Assembly (NCBI GenBank): GCA_013239625.1
Contig: MU053482.1
Span: forward strand, 1,711,168 to 1,775,167
Direction: 5' to 3'
DNA: 64,000 nt
From: Lama guanicoe
Lineage: Eukaryota
Shown here: in pieces, positions 36,256 through 49,500 of the stretch
Position numbering within the stretch: the stretch's first letter is position 1
Layout of the letters: each line of letters starts with the position of its first letter
Position numbers and translations under genes: made by a program
Notes under the pieces: model-generated
The model's input: the letters and a program-made list of their open reading frames with translations, nothing else
Databases searched by the model: none
What the model was told of the DNA's origin: nothing

Positions 36256-36730
36256 GTGGTAGGCAGAGTAACATCCCCTCCCCACCCTCCAAAGATGTCC
36301 ACATCCAAAACCCTGGAACCTATAATGACGTTGCCTCACACATAGGGGGCTTCAGGCTGCAAATGGAATAAAGATTGCAAATAGATGATCCTGGGCTATT
36401 TGGGAGGACACAATACAATTATGAAGGTCCTTAAAAGCAGTGCGGGGAGGCAGAAGAGGCTAAAATAATACGATGTGAGAGTCTCAACCCACTGTTGCTT
36501 TGAAAGTGGAGGAAAGCCCATGAGTCAAGGAATGTGGTAGCTTCGAAAATCTGAAAAAGGCAAGGAAATAGGTTTTACCCCAGAGCCTCCAGAAGGGAAT
36601 GCAGTCCTGCCAACACTTTGATTTTAGTCCAGGGTAGGACTTTCCAATATACAGAACTGTAAGATAACAAATGTGTGTTGTTTTAGGCATCAAGTTAGGG
36701 GTCATCTGTTACAGCAGCCATAGAAAACAT
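36256..36730 (+). mobile_element. MaLR solo LTR (MLT1C/D-like)
   Basis: Starts tgtggtaggcaga...ccaaagatgtccacatc; contains cagagcctccagaagggaatgcagtcctgccaacac; ends tgttacagcagccatagaaaac. Confidence 0.82.
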
Positions 36731-36894
36731 CTTCCTAGAGCATGTATTTTCTCTCTGAGATCAATTCCTTATAGAGAAAACACCTGCCACTGACAACCAT
36801 CTAGGGCTGTGCAGAACAAATCAAAATAGGTACCAAAATATTCTTATTATTGCTGAAAATGCCTGCTTTAAAGTAGTTTCTTTACATCTACCTC

Positions 36895-37880
36895 ACTCAT
36901 TCCTTCAACATGTACAGACACTGCCAGTGTGCCAGCACTTAGGAATGCAGATTTCAACAATGAAAATTCCCTATCCTCAAGAAGGTTACAGGGCATTAGG
37001 GAAGACAGAAAAGTTAACAGAAGATAAGGAAGTTATATGCTTACAATATCCAGCAGAAGCAGGTGGCCTGAGAGCACATAGGAGGAACACCTAACCAAGC
37101 TGTGGGTTCAGGGAAAGGCTCTCGGAGGAAATGATGTCTAAGTTGAGACTTTAAGACAAGCAAGAGTTAAAATAAGTGTGTGTGGGGAGGGGGTTGGGGG
37201 GGACACCCAAGCAAAGGAAAAAAGTATACGTAAAGTCCTAGAAGCAAAAGTGCACAGTTCCTCCGAGGAACAAACAGCAAGCAGTCAGTGTGGCTGGACC
37301 ACAGACAGAAAAGAATGGAAAAGGTTATTAAAGCAACTGAAGTATGCAGAGCCACGTCACCCAGGACCATGCAAGTCCTATTAAAGATTCTGCACTTCCT
37401 CAAGAGCAACAGGGACCTACTGAAGGGTTAAAACAAAAGATGTAACCCACTGGGTTGGAAAGCAGAAAGTAAACTAGAAGGAGGCAATATTAGAGAAAAA
37501 GAAACTACATGAGATAGTTCTGACCTATGTCAAAAGTAAAGGCATACTCCACTCACCCACTTATTCTTCCATTTCAACTAAGATTTTTCTAAAGGCTACT
37601 ACTGGCCTATGCTAGGCTCTGGGAAAAAGGAGGATAATCCCTGCCTAGTAGAGTTTAAAGTCATTTGCAGGGACACAGACCTATTAATTAGGAAGAAACG
37701 GCAAGACATGGTGATTGATGAGACATGGGAAATGAAGGAAAAGGTGAATCAAAGATGACATCTAAATTTCTGCTTTGGACAACTAAGTAGATGGTGGAGC
37801 CGTTTGCCGAGATGTGGAACATTAAAGGAAGTACAGGTTCATCCGCGGGTAGATGATGAGTTCCATTTTGGACACTCACT
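36895..37880 (-). mobile_element. L2 LINE fragments
   Basis: ctcattccttcaaca...gtgccagcacttagg and aagatgacatctaaatttctgctttggacaactaagtagatggtggagccgttt are L2-like. Confidence 0.6.
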
Positions 37881-40847
37881 CACTCAAAAGACATTTATTG
37901 TTTGATGAGGATAAGGGGAGGTATCTATGAGACATGTCTAGTAGGACCCTGAACACAGAGTTTAGGAAATGAAGAGAAGCTCAACACGGAATAATCATGA
38001 TTTACTCTTCCACCGTGATAATATATGTACACATGCTTGTATCACAAGTGAGTATCTACTCTTTTCCAATAATATTTACTTAGTACCTACTAAGTGAACA
38101 CAGTGAAAAAAACAGACTAAGCCTGTCCTCAAAGAGTTTATATCCCAACAATGATGCCAGAAATCTACAGTCCCACACACACACTCAACATGCCTGCCAA
38201 CATGTTTGCACCCTCGCTTCTCCTCTTCGTCTATGCCATGCTTCTAGGTAATTACAGCTGGACATGCTGCTCCAGGAAGGAAATTGTGCTGATCACAAGG
38301 ACAGAAATGAGGGCACCTCAATTCTGATTCCTAGATCCTTTCCTTAGCCTTTGTATCCTTGGGCTAGAGAATGTGCTTAATATTAGACAAACCCTGGCAC
38401 AATACCGACCTTCCAGGAGGCTTAATTATTTAAAAATGTGTGCAGACTTACATTGTTCACAGTTGAAAGCTGTCTGAAAAGTTTCATTAGGTAATATCAA
38501 AAATCTTTCCCATATTTTGATTCTTTTTTTTCATATTTTGAGTCTTACATAAACATTAAGATGAAGTTTCAGTAACTGTATACTTCTGGAATTTTAAGCA
38601 AAGTCTTACAGTTATGGAGTGACATTATATAAAAGGACTTTGAAGGCTGTAAACGAACATGTCTTCTTTGTCTGAAATCCTCTCCCTGACCCCCAGAAGC
38701 CTGGAGATGTGATAAAATCTTGATCTGACAGAAAAAATACAGGAGTATTTTGGGCTCTTCTAATAATCCTAGAAGCACAGACTTGTAAAAGAACAAATGC
38801 CACAGAAACTAAGGTTAAAGGATTTAAGTATAAAAAGGAAAAGAATGTAAAACATGCAGCTACCTAGCCCTTGCAGTTTTGAAGGCGGAAGTCCCAGAGG
38901 GCCTACCTATAAGGATAAAAGGTTTTAGATTAAGGCTTTTCAGAGAGAAAGGCACATCCTTACGGCCTGGAAAATGAGACCTGGGAAAGAAAGACACAAG
39001 CTCTGCTCTCCGCAGTGGAAGAAGAGCGGCTCTCCGGTTCCTGAGAGGTACCGGGGAAAACGTTTTACACAGTCATTGCCATGCGGCAGTCTGGAATCTG
39101 TATATTCTCAAAGAGTCTACACTCTGGCGTCTTACAAGGAGTAAATAAATAATCCGAGCTAGGATCTGTGGCCCCAGAAACAGTGAGATGGCACAACTCC
39201 AGCTGCAGTGATGGTGTGGGGTGGTGGAGGGGACACACAGCTCCTCTGCCCTTGCACATACAATGCGGAGAAGCAATCCTGGCACAAAGAGGACAAACAG
39301 TAGTTAGGGGTCACAGTGCTGCATCCCTAGCTTGGGCAATGGAAAGATGGTGTGCGTGGTGGGGTTATTTGATTTGAGCTAAGGGAGTCTGAATGGCAGT
39401 GAATAATAGTGAGAAAATATCTTCATGTGGTTTCTTATTTCTTACCCCAAGGCCCAGGGGTTGGGTCTCCCAGGTGAGAGGCCCTGCCCACGGATATTCA
39501 TCTATAGTTTTCACGACCCTTAGGTGTGGCCTAGAGCTTCAAATAGACCAGGTCCAGGGTACAGGTATTTTGTGAGGCACTGGGGTCTATAAAAGTCTGG
39601 TACTTCCCCACCCAGACTGTGAGGGGTACAGGGTAAGGGCAGAAAAGGCCAGAAAAGTATAGTTGCACAAACTGGTTTAGTCACACTCATACAAAACACT
39701 CAAATACCAGATAATGTAGATAAAGCATTTGGCTCAAAGCTTGGTTCCTAGTAAGTGCTCAATAAATACCCAATAGTATTCTCTGCTCACACAGGTATAC
39801 TCACGTATAGATATTCACCCTTATCTCTACCACTTGGGAATAGTCCAAACAGTCACTCTGCTTTCTGGACCAAAAGAAAGTCAAGGGTCCTGGGCCCAGA
39901 TAGGCAAGGTTCATCCCCATAAATGTCATTTCAACAGAAATGCAAGGCAAAGCCAAGCCAAGAGGCTGCAATTCGAGGATGTTTACTCTTCTCCTACCCA
40001 GCCAAAGATGGGCAAGGCAGGAGCCAGGAAGCAGGGAAGAGAGTATGGGGCACTAGTACCACCAAGGATGGTAAACAGAAGAGGCCAAGAGCAGTTTTCT
40101 GAGGCAAAAACTCCACATGAGGTTGTAAGAGGGACCTTTCAATGCATCCTCCTGCATGGGATTCTGCCACTCACTCCCAGTTCTTCCTCCATTCTGGTCA
40201 GAAGGCCGAGCTCAAAGTGAATCCCTCTTTGTTCTTAATCTCACATTCTAGTTTCTCTTCCCTGGCCTTCCAACACCCATGTTTTCTTAGTTGATGCTCA
40301 CTTTCTATCAATCTCTGGAAGCCACCTTTTCAGACCCTCAGCAGCCCTGCAGCAAGAGAAGAATGCCTTCACTGAAGGGCATCCTAAAGGGCTAGTGTTG
40401 CTCCTGACACCTATTGACATGTCTAATTCAGTTCTGGCACAGCCAACATGAAACAAATGCCTACTGTGATCACATTAGCTCTCTTCTCTCATTTTGTCTC
40501 AAGAAGAAAGCATAATATTTAATAATCTGGTTTTACTTAAAATTATGCCTTTTTTAGCCAGCTAGGAAACTGTCTTTCTTAAAACCCAGTTCTTTTACCC
40601 TGTAGGTTCTGCTCACAAATTTACCTCACGCGCCCAATAATATGCAAAATGCTGAACATACTCTTCAAAATGAGATTGCTTGATAGCATGAAAATGGAAA
40701 TGTTAAGTGAAAAATAATATGTAAATGACAAATATGTTGACAATTACATGAAATGAAAGTAAGTGGGCCAGAAATCAAAGAAAAACAAATTTTTGAATTG
40801 ATTCTCTAAATGGGAAACAGTCTGATTCCTGTTATGTCAAAACCTAC

Positions 40848-40941
40848 CTCTCACCGTTAGGCCCCACTCTGTTGATTAATTTTTCCATGGCTTCCTCTGT
40901 CTCCTTCAGTTTTTCTTGCAGTTGAACAAGCTCAAAATTGG
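40848..40941 (-). CDS. RIC3: RIC3 coding exon 4 (coiled coil)
   Basis: tttcag| ... |gtaggt; 94 nt; TNFELVQLQEKLKETEEAMEKLINRVGPNGE; absent from the ORF track, found by manual translation. Confidence 0.95.
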
Positions 40942-42977
40942 CTGAAAAATAAGCATCGATCTAAGAACCATCATATACAATTCTGTAAACTCTTTTCTGA
41001 AGCTCGGCTTGCTGTGACACTACAATAATCCAGGCTGGCCTAAGACTCAGAGAAGAGACTGAGAGTCCTCCGGTTAATTCAATCAGGACACAAAGAAAGG
41101 GTCCAGAGGTCTAGGCACCAAGATCTAAGAATACACGTTGAGTGAGTGATGAATAAATCACTCTCTCTTACACACAGAAATACAGCAGGACCAGCCAAAG
41201 AAAACACCTAGTAGAGAAAAACAGCCTTACACGGTCAGCCAAAAAGAAATGAAGATCAACATATCATTTCTAATTTAAATGATGCTTCAGGATAAAGTAC
41301 CAAACCATAAGGGACTTCAGAAAAGGAGTTACGACCCTGAAATGAGCAATATTTTACAGCTACAGAAGATTTGAAAACATATATGAAAGATAATTGTTTG
41401 AAAGTTACTCTTCTTCAATAGAAGAAGTCTTGAACTAGGGCTGAGACCTTCCCGCCCACGGTCTTCTACTTCAGTCATCTGGGGTGAAGTGGTGTAACCC
41501 TGCCTTCCAGAAGCAGTTCCCTCAACAAGGGTCAGTAAGGAGCATATCTATCTATTGAAACTAATGTTAAGACTCTAAAAGTAGAGCATAAAAAGTAAAT
41601 CACTCATTCAGTACAAGAAATGAACTTTAAAGCAATAGGAAAATTAAATGTTGTTCATTATGTAGATAATTTAGTTATTCTGTTTCCTACCTGAGTATCA
41701 TTCTACACGTATATTTAGAGGGTCATCATAAAATGTAATATTTCAAAGGCCTTTTACTACTTCTACAAAAAATTCTTATGCATGCAGTTAACATCTGTGC
41801 CACATAAACGCTTAGGTTGTATTTATTTTCCATATAATTCAAAATTGAAGCATAAGAAGCTGACATAACTGCTACTACATTATAAAATGGCTACTCTTAG
41901 GAATTCATTTTATTTACTTCTATTTTAAATGCATTACGTGACAGGATACAGAATTCGCTACTCTTTAAAGAGTTCACAAATCTTTAAAAAAAAGATTTTT
42001 ATGACATATTCACCATCACTTTTGGTTAGACACTATCTCAGTTAAGAATACAGCTGGGATCAGTCGCTTAAATCTGAACATTTAAGATTTCAGGATGTAG
42101 ATGTGACTGGGATATCTATTTCCAAAGAGAATCCAGACTAAATCCAGAAATACAAAAGCAATTATGGCCGAGGGCAGATGCTTCAGTGGCCCAGCCTTAC
42201 TTCATTTTGCTGATGTCTTTCTTTTAAAAACCTCTAATGAGGCTTCAGTATCTACAGGATAGTTTGACCCTCGAGGCCTGCAACAATATGGCTTAACCTA
42301 CCTACCCTTCATGCCTTCTTTCCCACAGCTGCCCCGTGTCGGGCTGCATCTTCCTCAAGCGCCCTATCTAACAGGCCCTCCACCACAGCCACCCAGCAAG
42401 ACGTGATTTCCCACAAGGCTTTTGCCAAGTCCCTTCTTTCTAGGTAGTAAACTTTTCACAAGTGGTTTTTCCTGACATCCATTTTTAGACTATAAATTCT
42501 CAGAGGGAAGAGCCGTGCCATTAACGTTTCATTTCTCCAGAGAGAATATTCTAATTGGTCAATAAGTATCTGATGATCACATTTTAAGAGTCAGAAGTGT
42601 TCAACTCTGTCCGTAGATCTAATAACTGACTCTGGCAATGACTTGATCTCACTGTCTCAGTTTTCCTCTATGTGAAATTTCCTCCCATATTCTGAAGTCT
42701 GGAAGTGAGAAGTAACCCATTTCAAATGTAAATATTAATTTGCTAATATATAAAAAAGTAAACTGGTGGTTTTGTACTTTTTACAACTCTCCTTCCTTTA
42801 AAAGCCTAATATCAATATGGAAACTTCTGAGACTACCAGAGCTAAGGTAAAAATGGCATCAGATTTGTCTGGGACCACTTTTGAGAAATGCTTTTAAGAC
42901 CCGTCCACAGATTGTCCCTCCAGCTATATGGCTGTCTAACTCAATGAAACTTATGAATATGCTGAAGAGGCACTTAC

Positions 42978-43053
42978 TAATTTTCCTGTGGGTGTTTCCA
43001 GGTGTGGCAGGAGAGCATTTCCGATCCTCTGCAGTACTTTTCCCCTTTGAGAG
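42978..43053 (-). CDS. RIC3: RIC3 coding exon 3
   Basis: tctcag| ... |gtaagt; 76 nt; LSKGKSTAEDRKCSPATPGNTHRKI. Confidence 0.95.
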
Positions 43054-43779
43054 CTGAGAATTGAAGGAGGTACAGCACATCAACAGCAGCTCAGAACCTC
43101 AAAGTCATGGAACCCCTCATAGTAAATGAAGGAAAAAAAAGGTTGGGAGAAATCAAATGAAATAATATTAGAGAAACACCTGAACAAAACAAAACAAAAC
43201 AAAAACCACCCAATAGAAGGTTTCCAAGTAAAAAATTATTGAGACACAAGGAAAAAAATCTCTTTACAGGACATCTGCCATCCCCTGTTCACCTAAGATT
43301 CAGCTTGGGCTGCCTGAAGAATTCCACCTCTTACTTTTGTTAGGAGGACAAGTGAATCTCCTGCCTCCACTTACGGCGCCCAGCCTCATGGCCGACCAAA
43401 GCCTGCCTGGAGGTGGAACTTAACTGGAAGTCTGCATTTAAAGGACCCAAACCATGTCTACCCAGAGCTAGGCAATATCAGGCTTAGTTTCAGGACGTGG
43501 CAGTTCTGTTTCAGAACTGCCAATTACTGCAACTGATTTTAAAAACAGCACCTCATACTCTTGGGGGTAAAAGAAGGAAAAAGTAGTGTTGGTACAGTCA
43601 TTATTTGGCCTCGCAGTGGCTACTTGGAAATCACTGTGCCAATCCTAATAATAAAGGACTTCTTAGAACATCTTTGTGCCTTTACAGCTTGCAAAGATGC
43701 CCAGTCAAAAAAAGGGGGGGGTGCGTGGGCAGGGTGCAGGGAGGGGAGGTGTTGAACTTTATTACTTATTGCTCAATGG

Positions 43780-43990
43780 ATTAGGAACTAGGAGATTCGG
43801 GTTCAAGTCCTGATTCTGGATTTTTAGCTGTGAATTCTGGGGCAAATTGTTTAGGCTCTGAGCAAAAATTTTCCCATCTGTAAAACTGAGATAACAGCTA
43901 TCTTAAGTACCTCATAAAAAGGAGGCAAGGTTTAAAGAGATGATGGGTTTGAAAAAGGGTTATGAACTGTAAAGAGTTTTAATGCTGACA
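43780..43990 (+). mobile_element. MIR SINE
   Basis: ggttcaagtcctgattctg...ggcaaattgtttaggctctgagc...ttcccatctgtaaaactgagataa. Confidence 0.75.
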
Positions 43991-44055
43991 ATGATTTTTA
44001 TTATGATGATATTAGATTTTCATTGATGTAACATGACCAGGATGATTCCACTTAC

Positions 44056-44282
44056 CTTAAATAGAATATACAGTATGTATAAAAAAATCCCAAAACCATA
44101 GATTGGAATAATCTGCCCCATCAGGCCTCTTCCACTACCTCCTCCTCCAGTGCCTCCACCTGATCCTTTGGCTTTTGCAAAGGCCTCTGCAAGGTGAGAC
44201 CTCTGGAAACGAGCCCCAGGAGTCTGGCCATCTGAGGGTGCCTGGTGATGATGCATCATCGGCGGAAATCGACCCAACTTCC
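44056..44282 (-). CDS. RIC3: RIC3 coding exon 2 (Gly-rich linker and transmembrane helix)
   Basis: tctcag| ... |gtaagt; 227 nt; GKLGRFPPMMHHHQAPSDGQTPGARFQRSHLAEAFAKAKGSGGGTGGGGSGRGLMGQIIPIYGFGIFLYILYILFK. Confidence 0.97.
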
Positions 44283-44470
44283 CTGAGAAAACAAATTAAT
44301 CAGTCTTAATCATTAATCATTTCCTCTACCATTTTAAATATGCCTATCACGAAAACACCTCATGCACTGAGACAAATAGGAGCCAATTCAAACAAGTTTA
44401 AAAAATTTAAGAACTCAATTACAAGGCTATAGAGGCATCACAAGAGTTACCTCACAGAAAATAAATACGA

Positions 44471-44911
44471 TGTAGCAATCTCTAGCTGTTCACCAAACCC
44501 ATCTTCTCTTCCTTTTGAGACCACAGGTAGATGACATTTTTCAGCTTCCATTCAGTTAAATGGGATCATGTAACTGAGTTCTAGCTAAAGGAATGTGAAT
44601 GACAGGTGCTGGTTCAAGGCCTGGCCTATGAAGCTTCCTATGTATTGAACTCCATGTTCATTTCCTTTCTGCAGGCTGGATGCTGGCACCCAGGGAGACC
44701 TTGGAGGACATATGTTGAAAAAGGCAGAGCCTCCATCAACCTGGAATCCTGAATAACTGTGTGGCACAGAGCCCTCCACTGCTGCCACCCTACCAACTCA
44801 GAACCATCTGGACCTGTTTATGTGAGTGAGAAATAAACTTCTATTTTGCTAGGGCCATTATACGCTTTGAAGTCTATCTGTTAGAGCAGTTAGCCACCTC
44901 TAACTAATACA
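44471..44911 (+). mobile_element. MaLR solo LTR (MLT1-type)
   Basis: TG...CA ends (tgtagcaatc...aactaataca); gagaaataaacttctattttg...ttagagcagttag MLT1 3' motifs. Confidence 0.75.
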
Positions 44912-45539
44912 GATGAGGAAATGCAATCTGGTCTCAGAAGAGAATACAACCAGAAACTGGAACACCATTAGGGTCCAAGACAGCTACCCTCACTTTCTAT
45001 CTCAATCTTTCTCCCTCTCTATAAGAGGGCCATAAGGCTTTTCCTTGTTATTCTGTGCATATCTTCCTCATTCTCATTCCTCTGCAAAGAATTGCTCCTG
45101 CTTCTTTTTGAACATGCAGGAAGATGTTCACCCCCAAACCCCTCAATTTGCATGTCCTTCAAGAGGACAATGGAGACTGGTCTTAATTTCAAATTCCTTG
45201 CAGGAAGATCTTGAGTACTCAGCTTGGGTAGGTATACAGCACTTTCCAATCAGCTGGAGCTGAGTAGACAAGATTCATGGAGTACAATTAGGGTCACAGG
45301 GACTCATCCCTATTTGTGGAAGTGTAGGGCTTAGAGAAAGGAGGATGCATCAATTTTCTTACATTTTTCTCCTCCACCAGGAGCAGCCAAACATTAACAC
45401 CAGCTGCCAAGTCTCCTGAGAGTCATAGGTGAGAAAAAAAGGAAAGATACCTCTTCAAAAGGCTATGTAAACAGGCTTGCATGGAAAAACCACTGGGAGA
45501 TAATAAAGAAAAACACGAAGAATCAGAAAGAATTTATGA

Positions 45540-46500
45540 ATCAGACTCTAAAAATACAAATGATACAGTGAAAAATTGTTGGATTTGACCTCAAAAAAAC
45601 TGTGGACTTCTGTTCAATGAAGAATACCATGAATAGTGTGAAGATAGAGGACAGACAAGGGAAGCTTTTGCAACATCTAAAATTGACAAGGGATTAAATC
45701 TCTAGAATAGATAAGAAACTCCCACTATTTGATATGAACATTACAGGAGACCCAATAGAAAAATGGCCAAAAGACATGAGTAGCTATGAACTAGTATGGT
45801 TAACAAGTATATAAAGAGATGATCAAATTCAAAGTAAAACCAACAAGAAAAATACCAATTAAAACAATGAAATAGCACTTATACCTATCAGAAGGGCAAA
45901 GATTGGAATGGTGGGTAATAGCAGGCGCTGGCAAAGATGTAGGGAGGCAAGAACTCTCTTACAGTGGGTAAGACTGTAGACAGATACAGCCATTCTGCTA
46001 AGTGATCTAGCTGTACTGAGTGACATTCAGTATATCTATGCCCTATGATCCAGTGATCCCACTCTGGTGTATAAATTCCGGAGAAATTCTCAAACAAAGC
46101 TACCTATATCCAAATGCGAGCTATAGACTTTAGAGACCTGTGTGGGAATGTTCACTGTGATGATGTTGTAGCAGGGAGCCTGAAGTAACCTCCATACCTG
46201 AGAGAATGGAAAGTCAAAATGGAGAAGACACAATTATGGAATTCTACATAGCTTTCAGAAAACACACTTTATATGTACCTTCAGCAATAGGAATATATCT
46301 TGAGAAGTACAGCAGTGAGTAAAAAAAATAAGCAAATACCATATGTAAGCTAAAGACACATCATAATTATATTATGTGTCTTTCAAACAAATGTGTAGGT
46401 CTAAGAACATAAAACAAACACATTAGAGTGGGTGCACGTGAATGGGGAAAGGAATGGGCATGTGGATTGAAGATAAAGGGTTAAAAAGAAAATAAAATAA
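45540..46500 (+). mobile_element. Old L1 (L1ME-like) 3' fragment
   Basis: ttttgcaacatctaaaattgacaagggatta; cccaatagaaaaatggccaaaagacatga; ctatgatccagtgatcccactctgg. Confidence 0.7.
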
Positions 46501-49500
46501 GAAAGCAACCTTGCACTGTGATGTTAATCAGGTGCTATGAACTGAGAACCATCTTTAAGTCAACTCTCTGCTCCTGAGGTAAGATGCTGGGAGGGCAGGC
46601 AGGGAGTGAGACAGCCAGGGTCTGCGCCAGGGAGCTGCCTTCTGCCTTGCGTCCTCTCCCAGCCAAGCTCCACTCCAACAATCCTCCTTTCCCTCCTGAT
46701 ACTGACTTCAAATGACATGGAAATTATGAGAAGAAATGCTTCTTTTTAAGAGTAGGGCAGCAACAGAAGCACAGCTCCAGACAGCAGAAGAAGGAAACCA
46801 GGTCACTACTACTTTGTTTGGGTGCTGGTGACTTATTTTGCTACCAAATTGTCAAAGATCTTAATATCATACTAGCTCTAAGGCTATAATGCACTTTGAA
46901 CAAATGCCTAGCCAACATCCGAGAAGCTAGCCTTTCTTGTGAGAGAATCTGATTTATCTAGTGTTCAATATACTAGATTTAATATCTGTATTAATATCTT
47001 GTTGAATTTCATTTTACTGTACTGAGAAGACTGTTTTAAATACTTGGCATAAAACAAGATATAAAAAATTCAAACCAAGTAATGGCACAAAAGGCATTAG
47101 TTTGCATTTCTAAAATTGAAAAATGATGATGATGCTAAACATCACACATTTCCCCCCAAAACTTTTATAGATCTGTCATCCAAGAATATTTATTGGACAG
47201 CTGTTATGTTCAGCACTCTGTGCTATGGGTAGGAAAGGAGGAGAACCATAAATGAAACAGAAACGATGGTTCCCCCATCAAACGATGCTTTTAAAAAAGT
47301 AGTATATCCAAAACAGCAAAAAAGGAACAGGGTATCATGGATCTTATTACTAGACAGACCAAATGTCTAAGTACTGAAAGAATGCAAAAAGGAAAAAAAA
47401 GAGGATAGGAGTCATCACTGAAGGAGGGAATGAGATTCAGAATAGCAAACTGATTCTGATGGTTGTACAACTTTGTGACTATATTAAAAACCACTGATTG
47501 TGCACTTTAAATAGGTAAACTGCATGACGTGTGAATTATATCCCAACGAAGTTGAAATTTTTTGAAAGAGTCACCTACTCTAACTACTTTTGTTCAAACC
47601 CTAACCCTCACTTCCCTTAAGTTGTGGTCCTGATTCTGCTGAATATCATTGAACAGGAAACTCAGTACTCCACTCCCCCTGGCCCCCTGGAAGCCCTGGC
47701 CACCTCTGTACAGCTCTGACTGTTAGAACTGTCTTCTTTATATTGAATTAATGAATGAATAATGGGAGTAAGAAAAGAAGTATAATACAGGGTTTCAAAA
47801 AGCAACACTAAATGAATCATGATGTGGCAAGAAGTACTGAAACATTAAAATTGATTTTTAAAAAAGTTTTGGAAAAAGCAGTTGCAGACTAGAATCAAAG
47901 CAGCACTGAAAAAGTACAAAATACTATTTTCAAAGGTAGGAGAGGGGATTGGAGAGCAATGGAACAGACAGGCTAGATGGTAAAATATGTTTTATATCCT
48001 AGGAGAAATCTGTGCAGTTTATACTCAGTTTAGTAGTTCACAGATTTGCTACTGAGTACTTAATGTGCCAGGTACTGTGCCAGACATTGAGATTAAAATG
48101 ATAAATAAAACAGAATTCCTGTCTTTAAAGAGTTTATAGACAAAAAGAATAGTTATAGCAACATGGTAACTAAACCTTAACCATCAAATCCAATGGCTTT
48201 TACTCAGTTCTCATTCTTAGGACTCCTCTGCTACACAAGAAAGTGATTACCACAAGTCATTCAACAAATATTGGATTAATCTGAACAAATCCTTGTCAAA
48301 TTTTCCTGCCTTAATATCTGTAGAACATCACTCTGCTGATCTCTTCTTTCCCCAATGACTGGTCCTTCTACCTATTCCTTTTCATCTTTCACTGGTTCTT
48401 CTTTAATCCTGTCTCCCCAAGATTCTGTTTCAAACTTCGTTCTTTCTTTATTCTTCATCCTTTGGCAAACTCATTCATTCTCACGGTATCCATTACAATT
48501 TCCAAAATGTATAGCTCTAGTTCTGACCTTCCTCCAAGCTCTTACCTCTTCCCTCTAAATTCCATTAGTGTATATGTCCTCTGGTGTCTATCACTTCAAA
48601 CCTAAAAATGAAACTTATTTTCACCTTCAAAAACTTGCTCTCTTTTTTATTTCTTTTCTTTGTAGAGTCATTCTCTCAGACCTTTAGGCATCACACCTAT
48701 AACCTCTGCCACTTGGGACCAAGGGTACACTTGAGATGACAGGCTGGGGTTAGAATGCTGAATTTGGAAGAGATTCTCTTTGTAAAGTTAACTGTTCTCA
48801 ACAGGGAGTAATCTCACCTCTTGGATCTTGGTACCACTATGTTTCTTAGAATTGAACATTCCAGAATATTGAAAAAGTCAATGGCTAGAAAACACCTGGA
48901 GATGTCTAGTTGAAATGATTTTTTAAAAAATCAATTTTTTAAAGAAAATACTCCAAGTGTACAAAAAACTCTAGATGATAATACATGAGCACATGTATAC
49001 CTATCTACCATGCAGAGCTAACTGGAGCCCCTTGTGTATTCTTCCTCCTACCCTGAGATAGCCACAACTCCAAATTTATTCTTATTAGAATGTGTGCTTT
49101 TACACTTTACACATAAGTATACATCCATGAACAATATATAACATTGTCTTGAGTGCTTTAAAACTACATTATGAATGGATGGTAGTGATGGTTATATAAC
49201 AGTTGGTAGTGATGGTTATATACTACTAAACTGTATACCTAATGGATGAAATGATAAATTTTATGTTATGGATATTTTAACCAAAATTTTTTTAAAATGT
49301 ATATTACAGTATCATATTGTACTTATGCTTCTGCAACTTCCCTTTTTGCCTTTTTTTCTAGGCGAGGAATCAGTATTTTATCTTAGAAACCTATCCATGT
49401 TGATATATGGAGCCCTAGTTCATTCATTCAAACTGCTATATGGCATCTCCTTGTATATCTATATCACAATTCACTTACCCCCCCCATTCAAGCTGATGAA

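Noticed and set aside
49180..49222. 19-bp direct repeat tggtagtgatggttatata
   Set aside because: Two copies only, inside an L1 3' fragment; a local slippage duplication, not an array
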